Of a stretch of 64,000 nucleotides of DNA, positions 1-9,916 are shown one piece after another. The stretch lies in contig JAUFOR010000002.1 in assembly GCA_040285745.1 (NCBI GenBank), positions 1,364,001 to 1,428,000 on the forward strand, in the 5' to 3' direction. A program made the translations under genes and the position numbers. The notes beneath the pieces were generated by a model that made no database searches, was not told the DNA's origin, and worked only from the letters and a program-made list of their open reading frames with translations. The DNA is from Barthelona sp. PCE (taxonomy: Eukaryota). The first letter of the stretch is position 1. Every line of letters begins with the position of its first letter.

Positions 1-3000
1 CACCGTATCCAAGGCGACCGCAGCCGTTATCGGGCAGCGAAGCGTCACACGTTAAGGGGTTCGCGTCCCGCAGGTGAGTGAAATTCAAGCCTGTATTACC
101 GCTGTGAACCATGCCACCCGGGCACCACTGCGGTCTGGGACACTTGAACAGCTGCACATTATCGTCCTTCTCCTGCAGATAGTGGCCGACTGGGACCGTG
201 TACTTGTCTGAAGTGAACATTGCGATCTGGACAGGTTTCCATCCATTGTTAAGAGAAACGCACTTATCGTCACTAGAGTTTCTATGAATCTGCACAGTGC
301 CTGACTCGCACTCGTCACACATCAACCCGTCTTTTGTGTCTATCATTTCATATCCGGCATTGCAATACGGTATTTTGACTTTCATCATTTGCGTTACGTT
401 TTCATGTCTCATCGACAGTTGCAACGTTGATCCGAACGTGGCATCGCTACCTGGTGGCATGTTGAGCTTCAATAGCCCAGAAGGGTTCTGCCATATGATG
501 AGCGGTAGCGCATCAGCGTAATACGTGATTGGGAACAGTTCATTAGACTTGTAGGGATAAAAGTTTTCTAAATCCAATGTGTTGAAATTCATCATTCCCC
601 CAATACTATCATTTTTAACGTATATTTCCAGTTCGCTTGGTACCATTGGGGCAAAATATCGCATTCTTAAAGGATGCATATCGAAGGGGTAATACTCGTA
701 CACGTGGGACCAAGGGCACTTGAAGTCTCCAGAGCGAACGAGGGGTTTTGAGTTCTGGCGATAAATGCGCTCACACCATCTTCTATTGTTTGGCATTGGA
801 AACTTTCTACCAAATTGGAAACGAGAAGCACGGAAAAATATCAAACCAGTCCGGTTAAATAGAATGAGATTGGCGTCACCTTCAAACTTAACAAGCCCGA
901 TAACCAAAACTGAGACACTGAAATCGTCAGTATTATTTGCAAAACACAAAGGAGATTTCAGATCAAAATTGGCCACTTCAGCAAACACTGAACCACCGCG
1001 ATACCCAATATTGCGGTCAATGGATGTGACTAGGTGTTTATCATCGCGAGAATGTGTGTGAAAGATGAATTCGATGCTGTGAAAGACACCGCCTAATACA
1101 CCCCTGTTATCTGCTAAAATGGAGTAATCTGAATTGAACTCTAACGTCTCCTTACAGAAGAAGACACCTGCGCCGAACTGTGACGTGGAATGTGTGACGC
1201 TGAGAGATCTTTGGTCAGGATAATTGTCAATATCCCTCATCGCTTCAACAATGGCGTTATAGCCACACATGAAACCGCTCCAATATCCGCTGTTATGCGA
1301 TGCATTGACACTCTTGAATGTGAGGGCAACATTTAATGTCTTTGTAAAAATAATTGGAGCAACACCACAATGACAGTGATGGATATTAACACGATAGAAC
1401 ATAATAAGGTGCGGAAATGTATCTTTATCCGTGTCACGCAGGTTGCCTGCTACCACACCAGAGAAATTCAAACAGTTTTCAAATTGAACATCAATAATCT
1501 GCATTGTCAAACCCAAATGGGTAGTTTGAGGGATGACAAGCAATACAAATGTATCATAGTTATCAGGGATAAAAAGATCTCCATTACTGTCATACTTCTT
1601 TGCAATACAGTCATTAAATGAAACGTTCTCAACGCGTCGTTCGAATGTTGACAAAATTCCCACTTGGTACTTGTCTGGAACAGGGGAAATACCCTGTATG
1701 ATGTTCAACATCTGCACTCTCTCAAAGTGGCTGTCTGTAAACACTGTGTAATATGAACCTCCGAATATGGAGTCTGTTACAGTCAAACCCCTCATAATAA
1801 TGTTAGCGCTCAGTCCAATATCATGGATACAAACCAGATGCGCTTTTAGCGTGCTGTCAACAATAGTGACGTTCTCAACAATGACCTGGAACGCTGGCTG
1901 CTCACTTGTTACTATTAGAAGTGGCATTTCACAGTATGCACCATCGAAAAGAATATTTCTGATTGTTGGGTGAGTGGAGGTAGCTGGTGCAGTAAGCGAG
2001 AGACAGTGGTGTGATCTCACACTCATGTCACTCAGGGACCACTCACGTGGCATATTCAAAAGATACAGAAAACTATGGCTCATTTTCTCACATGGAAGGA
2101 GTGTTAGGTTGGTCATTGTGATGAAGACAGCACTAATATTAACCATTGATCTGGGTCTGAAGAAACTGTCTTCCATTATAACAGCACTGGAACTCAATGA
2201 AACGTTCTGGAAGCAAACTCTTTGAAAATGACAATCATAGACGTTAGCTGATAATTTATGCAATACTGAATCAACAATGAAGGCCTTTGCGTCAACCTTG
2301 AGGCCGGACATGTAGAAGGACATTGATCTTATTGTGTCTAGATAGAACGAATTCGAGTAAATAATAGATCCAGAGAAATTAGATCTGATGATAGTTACTT
2401 CATCGAATACAGTAATATAAAGACTTTCAATTCGGCCGTTCTCGATCAGAGTCTTATTGGATCGGCCTCCAAGAGTCTCAGTCACAGTCAAGTCAAGGTA
2501 ATAAACACTGGAAAAATTATTCGCAATCAAAGTTCTTACAGTACATGCATTGAATATTAGATCATAGCTTGTCGAAGCAACGTTTTCGTACTTGGCTGCA
2601 GTTAAACGCTTTGTTGTTGATATGAAATGACACTCAAGACTCATTACTGTGAAATGAATAGAATCCATGATGTTTAGTAACTCAAGCTTCAGGTGTATAG
2701 GTGATATAAACGTCACCGTGCTGTCTGCAGCGCATATCTCTGGTAATTTTGTTGTTGTACTTGAAATAGTGAGGTTCTCCAATTTTTCAGGTTCATCAGG
2801 AAGACCAGTGAAAGGGTACCTTTCGTCTCTGTTGGGAACCAAGAGCAATTTGCATGAAATATGGCTCTTACACACATTTATGCTGTGACTAAGCGAGCGA
2901 AAAGGTTTGTCAACTGTGCCCTGATATTGATCGTTTCCATGTACACTATCCACGTAAAAGGTTGTACACAGCGCACACGTTATGCATAAATAAAGCAAAA

Positions 3001-3010
3001 ACAACTGCAT
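1..3010 (-). CDS. Large secreted/surface protein with N-terminal beta-helix (pectin-lyase-like) cap and Cys-rich region; 3' end lies beyond the window start
   Basis: Absent from the ORF track, presumably because there is no stop inside the window. ATG at 3010 gives MQLFLLYLCITCALC (signal peptide), then TFYVDSVHGNDQYQGTVDKPFRSLSHS. The same frame at the window start reads ...FKCPRPQWCPGG...CDASLPDNGCGRLGYG. The middle was not translated codon by codon. Confidence 0.8.
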   Translation of the reverse strand, partial: MQLFLLYLCITCALCTTFYVDSVHGNDQYQGTVDKPFRSLSHSINVCKSHISCKLLLVPNRDERYPFTGLPDEPEKLENLTISSTTTKLPEICAADSTVTFISPIHLKLELLNIMDSIHFTVMSLECHFISTTKRLTAAKYENVASTSYDLIFNACTVRTLIANNFSSVYYLDLTVTETLGGRSNKTLIENGRIESLYITVFDEVTIIRSNFSGSIIYSNSFYLDTIRSMSFYMSGLKVDAKAFIVDSVLHKLSANVYDCHFQRVCFQNVSLSSSAVIMEDSFFRPRSMVNISAVFITMTNLTLLPCEKMSHSFLYLLNMPREWSLSDMSVRSHHCLSLTAPATSTHPTIRNILFDGAYCEMPLLIVTSEQPAFQVIVENVTIVDSTLKAHLVCIHDIGLSANIIMRGLTVTDSIFGGSYYTVFTDSHFERVQMLNIIQGISPVPDKYQVGILSTFERRVENVSFNDCIAKKYDSNGDLFIPDNYDTFVLLVIPQTTHLGLTMQIIDVQFENCLNFSGVVAGNLRDTDKDTFPHLIMFYRVNIHHCHCGVAPIIFTKTLNVALTFKSVNASHNSGYWSGFMCGYNAIVEAMRDIDNYPDQRSLSVTHSTSQFGAGVFFCKETLEFNSDYSILADNRGVLGGVFHSIEFIFHTHSRDDKHLVTSIDRNIGYRGGSVFAEVANFDLKSPLCFANNTDDFSVSVLVIGLVKFEGDANLILFNRTGLIFFRASRFQFGRKFPMPNNRRWCERIYRQNSKPLVRSGDFKCPWSHVYEYYPFDMHPLRMRYFAPMVPSELEIYVKNDSIGGMMNFNTLDLENFYPYKSNELFPITYYADALPLIIWQNPSGLLKLNMPPGSDATFGSTLQLSMRHENVTQMMKVKIPYCNAGYEMIDTKDGLMCDECESGTVQIHRNSSDDKCVSLNNGWKPVQIAMFTSDKYTVPVGHYLQEKDDNVQLFKCPRPQWCPGGMVHSGNTGLNFTHLRDANPLTCDASLPDNGCGRLGYG

Positions 3011-3122
3011 TATGAAAAGGGAGAAAAAGGCAAAACGAACGTTTCAATGCTTGTTGACAGTCTGACAGCGTTTTTTTTGAGTCAACAGACCACATTTATC
3101 AACTGAAATACAATAACTTGCT

Positions 3123-4226
3123 TTATTCTACAACGTTGGGAGTTACTTTGATTCTGCCAAACGCAGATCGATCTACAGAATTATGTATGGTTGATTTGAA
3201 TGATTTCTCCCTATTTATGGCGTTTGTCGGGTTCTTCACGGTTTCTAACAAAATATCCACTGGTTTTCTCACATTTTGATTAACAGGCGGTGGGTGGCTA
3301 TTCATTCCATAGTAGGGCTTGTTTGAGATTATAGAGTAACCCTTCTGATACTCATCGTCAAATCTTTTGTGAGAAATTCGATTGATTCCTCTTTGCATGT
3401 CTCTTGCAGCAATACGATCACCCTCTTCAACAAGGACCTCCTCAACAACTTCTCTTGTGATCCTGCGCCCTCTTTCCAAGGATTTAAAGCCTTCTCGAAT
3501 GGGTTCGTTACTAATGATATCGAAAAACCTTCCTTCTGCGTTTCTCTTCATTGACGGTGGTAAGTACTTCTCTTTCTTTTCTTGTAAGTTACATGTCTCC
3601 CTTTTATGAGCAATCTCTAGTTCTTTATCTTTATCTTTATCTTCAAAACGATTTAAAACTGTATTGAAACTTTTTTGCTTAATCTTCTTAACTTTTTCTC
3701 TGTGCTCACGCTTTTCCTCCTCCGTGAGGGTATCTCTGGGAGCTAAGATACTGTAATCACGCGGTGCTTCTTGTCTATATACATGTGTTTTTTTCTTAGG
3801 AACAATTGTTGAAGTTAATGGTTTAGCCCCAAGTTGTGTATTATCTACAAGCTCTCCTGTTAATAAATTAAAGTGTTGATTTGACGTGTTATCATCTTGA
3901 ATTTGTTGTTTCGCTACCACTTCTTTTTTGGAATTCAAATCATCTAAAATAGTCTCATGGTTGATGATGTTGTATCCAGCACCACGTGTGGAGCGTGTCT
4001 TTGTTGCGTTCAGAATGTGCTCCAACAATTCTTCTTTTGACTCATTCTGCTTGGATTGTTCCTGTTTAGAGTCAGTGTATACTCCCAAAATTGGATTAAA
4101 CACTCGTTCCTTAGCTTTAACTTGCTTATAAGTAACACGAGCAGGTTTTTGGATATCAATTTTGTGTCTCTTTTCGTTTTCGTAGCTAAGAATGAGCTCA
4201 TCCCAGCTTCCAGGATCGTTTGACAT
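3123..4226 (-). CDS. Hypothetical protein with ~7 short (Y/F)-(N/D/S)-x-(I/L) repeats, possible axonemal protein
   Basis: Long ORF with first ATG at 4226. Motifs FNPILG, YNIINH, FNLLTG, YSILAP, FNTVLN, FDIISN, YSIISN. Confidence 0.7.
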   Translation of the reverse strand: MSNDPGSWDELILSYENEKRHKIDIQKPARVTYKQVKAKERVFNPILGVYTDSKQEQSKQNESKEELLEHILNATKTRSTRGAGYNIINHETILDDLNSKKEVVAKQQIQDDNTSNQHFNLLTGELVDNTQLGAKPLTSTIVPKKKTHVYRQEAPRDYSILAPRDTLTEEEKREHREKVKKIKQKSFNTVLNRFEDKDKDKELEIAHKRETCNLQEKKEKYLPPSMKRNAEGRFFDIISNEPIREGFKSLERGRRITREVVEEVLVEEGDRIAARDMQRGINRISHKRFDDEYQKGYSIISNKPYYGMNSHPPPVNQNVRKPVDILLETVKNPTNAINREKSFKSTIHNSVDRSAFGRIKVTPNVVE

Positions 4227-4304
4227 CTCTTCTACCAAATTAATATGAGAAAGGGTGCGAAAGCAAAAATCAAAACTTGTTGGTGTTTATTTGTGTGATT
4301 TTGA

Positions 4305-5576
4305 TTACATAAAATAATCCTCGAGACCATCAAACTCATCATCGTCAACATAATCCCAAGCATCTAGAGCGAGTGCCTCAACAGCAAAACGTGTAATACC
4401 ACCAACCAAATATGATTTGGCAAACATGGTTCCTTCGGAAGTAGCATCAGACACAAACTCTGTTCTACAGTTGAGCTCGGAGTAGTTCTCAATCAGCCAA
4501 TCAACAAGAGGTTCCATAGTCTCGTTAGGCTCTAAAGGAGCCTTGTCATCATTCACGTATCTCCTCTCTTCCGTTTCATTATTGAAGACAATCTGAGCTT
4601 CGCAGTCCTCGTAAACAATCAGGGTCTCAACACAACCAGCTTCAACAGCACGCATCGTGTCGAGGACACCATAGACAAACAAACCGCTGTCCTTGGCTAT
4701 GTGCTCATAGAACTTGTTGATGATCTTTTTCTCATTGACGTAACGTACGTTTCCAAGGAGCTCCTTTGAGCGTTCGATGGCCTGGCTGAAACCGGGCTCT
4801 CCACCATAACCAACATCAACAACATCGAGGATGATTGGTACAAGACGGTAGTCAAACATTGAGGACTCGGTCAGCTTGACCTTGAACTCGGCTGAACCAG
4901 CAACAATGAGACCGTTGACGTTGGGCATATCGTTATCAATGAAGAACTGTGTGGCGAGTTCCGTAACCTTACGCATGTAATTGTGGCGTGCCTCCATACG
5001 GATTCGTTGGAAACGGTTAGCGGACTGTCCACCACGACCGTGCTTCTTGGGAAGCTCTTCGCTGAACTTGTGGATAACGTGACGGGAGTTTCCTTGTACA
5101 AGACCGAAAAGTGTTCCGTGTCCATCCATAATGATAAATCCATACTTCTCGTTGGATTCAAGCAGGCATACAAGATCTTCAGTGTGGAAGCGTGAGTCAC
5201 ACACGTAAAGGGAAGTGTTGATAGGTTTGAAAGGTTCAAAACTGATAACCATACGTTTTGTTCCTCTAATATCACCAACCTGTCCGCTATAAACGACGAG
5301 GCCATTTGGAGGGATACAGCTGTAGTTTCGAAGGTTCTGCAAGGCTGATGTCAGGGCTGATTGTACTGACTGGCGTGTGAGACGACTCTTAATTGCAGTT
5401 GCTCCAGCAATCTCCTTGTTTAGTAGACTTGTGATCTTGTTAATGTCATCACTAGGGTTCACAATTAATGAGACTAAACTGGTACCATTTCCACGCACAA
5501 CGGACAAGTTTTTGATAAGTTTTCGGAGTCGGAATTTTCTGATCTCCATTTCGTATTGTTCGTCAGTCTTATTCAT
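4305..5576 (-). CDS. eRF1: Eukaryotic peptide chain release factor 1 (divergent NIKS loop)
   Basis: GNGTS, YVCDSRF (YxCxxxF), KKHGRGGQSANRF, VDVGYGGEPGF motifs; 423 aa. Confidence 0.97.
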   Translation of the reverse strand: MNKTDEQYEMEIRKFRLRKLIKNLSVVRGNGTSLVSLIVNPSDDINKITSLLNKEIAGATAIKSRLTRQSVQSALTSALQNLRNYSCIPPNGLVVYSGQVGDIRGTKRMVISFEPFKPINTSLYVCDSRFHTEDLVCLLESNEKYGFIIMDGHGTLFGLVQGNSRHVIHKFSEELPKKHGRGGQSANRFQRIRMEARHNYMRKVTELATQFFIDNDMPNVNGLIVAGSAEFKVKLTESSMFDYRLVPIILDVVDVGYGGEPGFSQAIERSKELLGNVRYVNEKKIINKFYEHIAKDSGLFVYGVLDTMRAVEAGCVETLIVYEDCEAQIVFNNETEERRYVNDDKAPLEPNETMEPLVDWLIENYSELNCRTEFVSDATSEGTMFAKSYLVGGITRFAVEALALDAWDYVDDDEFDGLEDYFM

Positions 5577-6277
5577 CCCAAAGTTGAAAATAAAGTGTAA
5601 TCAAGTGTTAAAAAAGTCAGAAAAAAACAGAGAAAGAGGTCTTTATAAAAGAAGTAAATGTATTTGTTCATATATAAGCTTTATTTCACGTGTGATATCA
5701 ACTATTGACTTTTCAATGTGATTTATGTCTTGAAATACATGTGTACCATTCATGAGTTAAAAAAAATTTACTTCAAAGTTATGCACTTATTCAATATCAA
5801 AAACCTTCTTTGAGTGATATACCTTAACTGAAATTTGTTACAAAGCCTTTTTTTAAAAAATAAAAAAAAGCAAAGTGGAGAAAGGTGCAAGAAGTTGAAC
5901 TTCAGTACTCTTTCATTAAAATTATTTTTTTGTACTCTCAAACTTTATACATACAGCAGTGAAGTGAACTTCTGATTGACATACTCGTTCATTCATCCAC
6001 TACTGATACCAATCACTAGAAGAAGTTGAAACTTATGCCGTGTCATTATGATGTCACTTCATTGCTGAAATATTGAACACCACTGTGTGGTATGCGTCAA
6101 TTTTTAAACCTACAGAAATTGTAATACCAATGCAGGGATATTTGTTCAATTCTTTTCTTCATATAAACCCAATAAACATGCCCACATACAAATATTACCC
6201 TAACTAAACCGAAGTAAAACTATTTATATACATTCAATGAATAAGTATTTGTTTAACCATTTCTATCTTCTTTCTAT

Positions 6278-6613
6278 ATGTTTTTTTTTAAAGAACCAAT
6301 AGACAAAACGGATGTTTATGATCTATTAGGGGTTATTTCAGAACCTTTATTGCTTCGAGAAAGTGAATGTATTGAGAATATGTTTAATGTTGAGTTTAAG
6401 TTTAAAGGGAATCAAAATAGCATACTGGAGCACGTTCCAACGTTTACATCTAAAGAATTAGGTGTTGAAACATTGTTATTTGCCAAGCATGATCCATTTC
6501 TTCATGTTTCTTCAGATTCTGATGAAGATATGGATGTAGAAATGGTTGGTAAAAGCGATGACGAGTATGATGATTATGATGATGAATACGATAGTGAGAT
6601 GGAATTGAGTTAA
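6278..6613 (+). CDS. Small acidic hypothetical protein
   Basis: 111-aa ATG ORF with a D/E-rich C-terminus in an otherwise AT-rich interval. Confidence 0.55.
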   Translation: MFFFKEPIDKTDVYDLLGVISEPLLLRESECIENMFNVEFKFKGNQNSILEHVPTFTSKELGVETLLFAKHDPFLHVSSDSDEDMDVEMVGKSDDEYDDYDDEYDSEMELS

Positions 6614-6697
6614 TTAGCAAAAAAAAAAACTAAACATTTTTATTTTTCTTTGTAATAGGAGTCAACACCTTTATAACTCCTTTAAAACACTAACATA

Positions 6698-7744
6698 TTA
6701 TGATCTCAGTACGTAGTTGGGAGCACCACCCCCAAAAACTTTTCGACAATGTTTGTTGATGACTGTCTCTGTTGTATTCCTTCCTGATAACAAAGGTTTA
6801 ATGAATGGTGTAAGTTCTCTGAGAGACCATTTAGTTTTGATCTGAAATAATCTCATGAGAAGTGCTTCAGCTTCTAAAGGTAGGTCTAAAGGAGAAATAT
6901 ATGATATTGTCATTGAATTAATATCAGTAACGTAACAAAAATTGCATGTTAAAAGAAAACCAAATAGAGTAAGAGGATTTTCTAAATAAGTTGCATTTGT
7001 GTAAGTAATTCCTCGTTCATCAAGTTCATTAGTTATTTTACCATGAATTTGTTCAGTTGTAAGATCATTGGCGGCTGATATAAGATGCTGATTAGCTCTA
7101 AACATAGTAAATTTATCTATTGATAAAAGAAAAAAATCATCTTTTGAATCAGAAATTTGCTCCAATAAATGCAATAAAAGTTCAGGAGATATGTCATGGA
7201 TGCATTTTTCACGAATCATATCCACATGAATAGGTTGAGTTAAATCAAAATTGCGATGTAATAACTCAAAAATTAAATTAAATTCAGAAAACATAAAAAA
7301 ATAATTTAAAAGACATACTCTGGTGTCAATGACTATGGCATGGATGGATTTTAGAAATGAATAGAATTCTTTCTCACTAGATGCATATAAATTCACAACA
7401 TCTGTAATTTTTGGACAATGATCAAGGTTTGTTCCATCATAACGTACGTTTATGAGAGAATCACGCAGTTTAGTAAAATCAGGTTTGACAACCTTCAGCT
7501 CATGAAGACAATCAAACATTGTAAGTATTGAACCTGTATTTTCAACAACTATTTCAGTATTACTGAACTCAAGACCGTCTATACCGTATGTTTTGTTCTT
7601 TGTGCAAAGATATACATAAGCTTCTGTATCTGTTTGAATAGAAGCACCATTTCTAATTTCCTCAATGATATCATCAGTAACTTCAAATAGTTTGTATTGC
7701 CCCGGATCGAACGTTTTGGGGAAAAAAATGCTAAATTCTGCCAT
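6698..7744 (-). CDS. DCC1: Sister chromatid cohesion protein Dcc1 (Ctf18-RFC subunit)
   Basis: N-terminal YKLFEV...VYLCTKNKTY...FSNT and C-terminal DLPLEAEALLMRLFQIKTKWSLRELTPFI match the Dcc1 pattern. ATG at 7744. Confidence 0.85.
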   Translation of the reverse strand: MAEFSIFFPKTFDPGQYKLFEVTDDIIEEIRNGASIQTDTEAYVYLCTKNKTYGIDGLEFSNTEIVVENTGSILTMFDCLHELKVVKPDFTKLRDSLINVRYDGTNLDHCPKITDVVNLYASSEKEFYSFLKSIHAIVIDTRVCLLNYFFMFSEFNLIFELLHRNFDLTQPIHVDMIREKCIHDISPELLLHLLEQISDSKDDFFLLSIDKFTMFRANQHLISAANDLTTEQIHGKITNELDERGITYTNATYLENPLTLFGFLLTCNFCYVTDINSMTISYISPLDLPLEAEALLMRLFQIKTKWSLRELTPFIKPLLSGRNTTETVINKHCRKVFGGGAPNYVLRS

Positions 7745-7782
7745 AAAAGCAGAAGAAAAGGTGATAATATTAAACACACTGT

Positions 7783-8631
7783 CTATTTACTATTTTCACG
7801 TGCTGCTACCTCAGATGTGAGACGATCTATGAGCCCCTTAGCCTTCTCAGTATGCATAACAAAACCTGTTACATTGTTAATACTGAGCATAAGATCAAAC
7901 ATCGAATATTTATCTTGAACATTGCATGGTACTAAATCAAGCACCTTAAATTCCTCAAGCAGCTCGATTAGAACTTCATTTAAATTTTCCAGATGTGGTC
8001 TTGAATTGTTCAAATGCGGTAAAAGAAAATCATACTCATAAGCGTTTAGAACTGTTTCTATGTCAAATTTTGTTTCCAAATGGTCCAGCAAATCGATTTT
8101 TGTGAGAATATTAACTGTTGGCAATTGCAAATTAATAGTAAAACTCACAGTATGCAGTAATGAACTAATAAGTCTAGAGGCATCTGTTAACAATAAAACA
8201 TCGTTCAATGTGAGCACACAAAGCGTGAATTCAAGTTGTTCAAAGAATTGACAAACTGTACGGAAACCTTCATGGTCAAGGAAAAGTTCTACTTGACCTG
8301 GTGCATCTACAATCCAGATACTGTCTTCATCGTCGTCCTGTGGATCTAGGCGTTCGATTTCTGTCTGTACCCAGTCCAATTTATGTGAAAAAAGATCAAA
8401 ACTGCTAAGAATCGCACCATTAGGACCTAATCCGTACTCATCGAATAAAGTGGTGGTTGAAATGGTCTCTCTAATGTCAATGGCCGGTTTGTACATCATG
8501 GTATCGTTAAGCAGATCAAGATTCATAACAAACGGGTTTCTCTCAAAGCTTTTCAAGAAATCATAAAGCCCAGTACATAGGGTAGACTTACCTGATCCGG
8601 GTGGACCAATAAGAATCACTCCATATCTCAT
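7783..8631 (-). CDS. GPN2: GPN-loop GTPase, GPN2-like
   Basis: GPPGSGKST P-loop, GLGPNGA, DAPGQVELF, NILTKIDL. Confidence 0.88.
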   Translation of the reverse strand: MRYGVILIGPPGSGKSTLCTGLYDFLKSFERNPFVMNLDLLNDTMMYKPAIDIRETISTTTLFDEYGLGPNGAILSSFDLFSHKLDWVQTEIERLDPQDDDEDSIWIVDAPGQVELFLDHEGFRTVCQFFEQLEFTLCVLTLNDVLLLTDASRLISSLLHTVSFTINLQLPTVNILTKIDLLDHLETKFDIETVLNAYEYDFLLPHLNNSRPHLENLNEVLIELLEEFKVLDLVPCNVQDKYSMFDLMLSINNVTGFVMHTEKAKGLIDRLTSEVAARENSK

Positions 8632-9142
8632 GAAAGTGGTTTAGATCATTAAAACAAATTTTACTACTCAATTGTGTTCTTTAAAACAATATATTAACGT
8701 TGCATACGTATATAACAATGGCTGCCTCATAAATAGTAACAAAAATATGCTAGATAAGCGAAATGCTTATCTCCCAAATTAAACAGCCCCAAATAGTCAT
8801 TTCAGCAGTAATTTTCACTTGAATGTACTGAAAAAATACATGTTTTCAAGTTTTTAAGCGGGAAAAGACAAAAAAAAAATATGTATAGAAAAAAATGACG
8901 ACAGATACATGTAAGATAGACCAATGATGGGGTTATGTGTATATGTGGACTGGGTGGAGTGTGCATCGTGGATGCGTGAAACCAAACCCAACCCACATAA
9001 ACAAAAAAACATCAATCAATGATCATCAGCTTAGCAAAGTATCGTGTCGCCAATAAAATTCCTTTCGCAACTTTATTGGGAAACGGCAGCAAGGGACCTA
9101 CTACGTCTGATGAAGATGGTTGAAGGAAAGAAAAGAACAAAC

Positions 9143-9500
9143 TTACTCGTTAATGTGCTTGTAGAAAGAGAGAGCGAAACCCTCCTCGGTGGCAAGACAA
9201 CGGAAGATATCACGGATCTAAACATTAGAATACATATTTAAAAATGCAAAATGGAAAACATACCTCAGCAAACTGAAGGTAACGCTTGATGTAGAACTTG
9301 ATAGCACGCTTGGCAAGGGTGGCAGACTCGGAGATATCAATGTAAAGGAAACGCTCCTCATCAATAGAGAAGATGATATCATCACCAAGGTTGTTGGTAA
9401 CACCGTTAACCTTAACGTGGGACTCAAGGTAAGCCTTGAACTTGTTCATCTCGAAAAGAGAAGCCTCGACGGGAACGCTACAATCAATGATATACTGCAT
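9143..9500 (-). CDS. RPL22: 60S ribosomal protein eL22 (exons 9264-9500 and 9143-9217; 103 aa)
   Basis: YIIDCSVPVE...YLESHVKVNGVTNNLGD...AKRAIKFYIKRYL. Splicing restores IRDIFRCLATEEGFALSFYKHINE*. Confidence 0.9.
9218..9263 (-). other. Spliceosomal intron (46 nt) in RPL22
   Basis: GTATGT...TTCTAATGTTTAG; removal restores the eL22 frame. Confidence 0.9.
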
Positions 9501-9916
9501 TTGTATGATAAAAGGAATAATTGCTAAAGGAGTTTGTGACGGCATCAGACATCTTCCCCAGCCTTCAAAAATATATGTATGGGCTCGTGGTAGTGCGTAA
9601 AGTATGCCAAAAACTCAATACGTTAATATTTTTAAATATCAATGTTTTTACATTATTATCTTACGATTACCAATATGAAGAACTTTTGCACGAAATTATC
9701 CACCTATAATTATTTCAATAGTTCAAATTACAATACATATGCTAAAAACATGTTTCAAAACATAAGACGGGTATATTGTAATATACGCGCGGGAATGTGG
9801 ATATACAAGGGTGTATTTTGCCATTTCATCACAGGCTATTGTGATTAAACAATCCAAAGAATGTTTTAACTTTTATACCGTTTCTGCCCTCAGTTTAGGC
9901 AACGAGTGATTTCCTA

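Noticed and set aside
5891-6034. CRISPR-like array from three GAAGT(T)GAA(A)CTT motifs ~60-70 bp apart
   Set aside because: Repeats are only 12-13 bp, imperfect and irregularly spaced; eukaryotic context with no cas genes.
9019-9113. Plus-strand C/D snoRNA (ATGATCA ... CTGA) or U4 snRNA resemblance
   Set aside because: Box C lacks the G that pairs with box D, there is no U4 kink-turn, and the G-U and GNRA features favour the minus strand.
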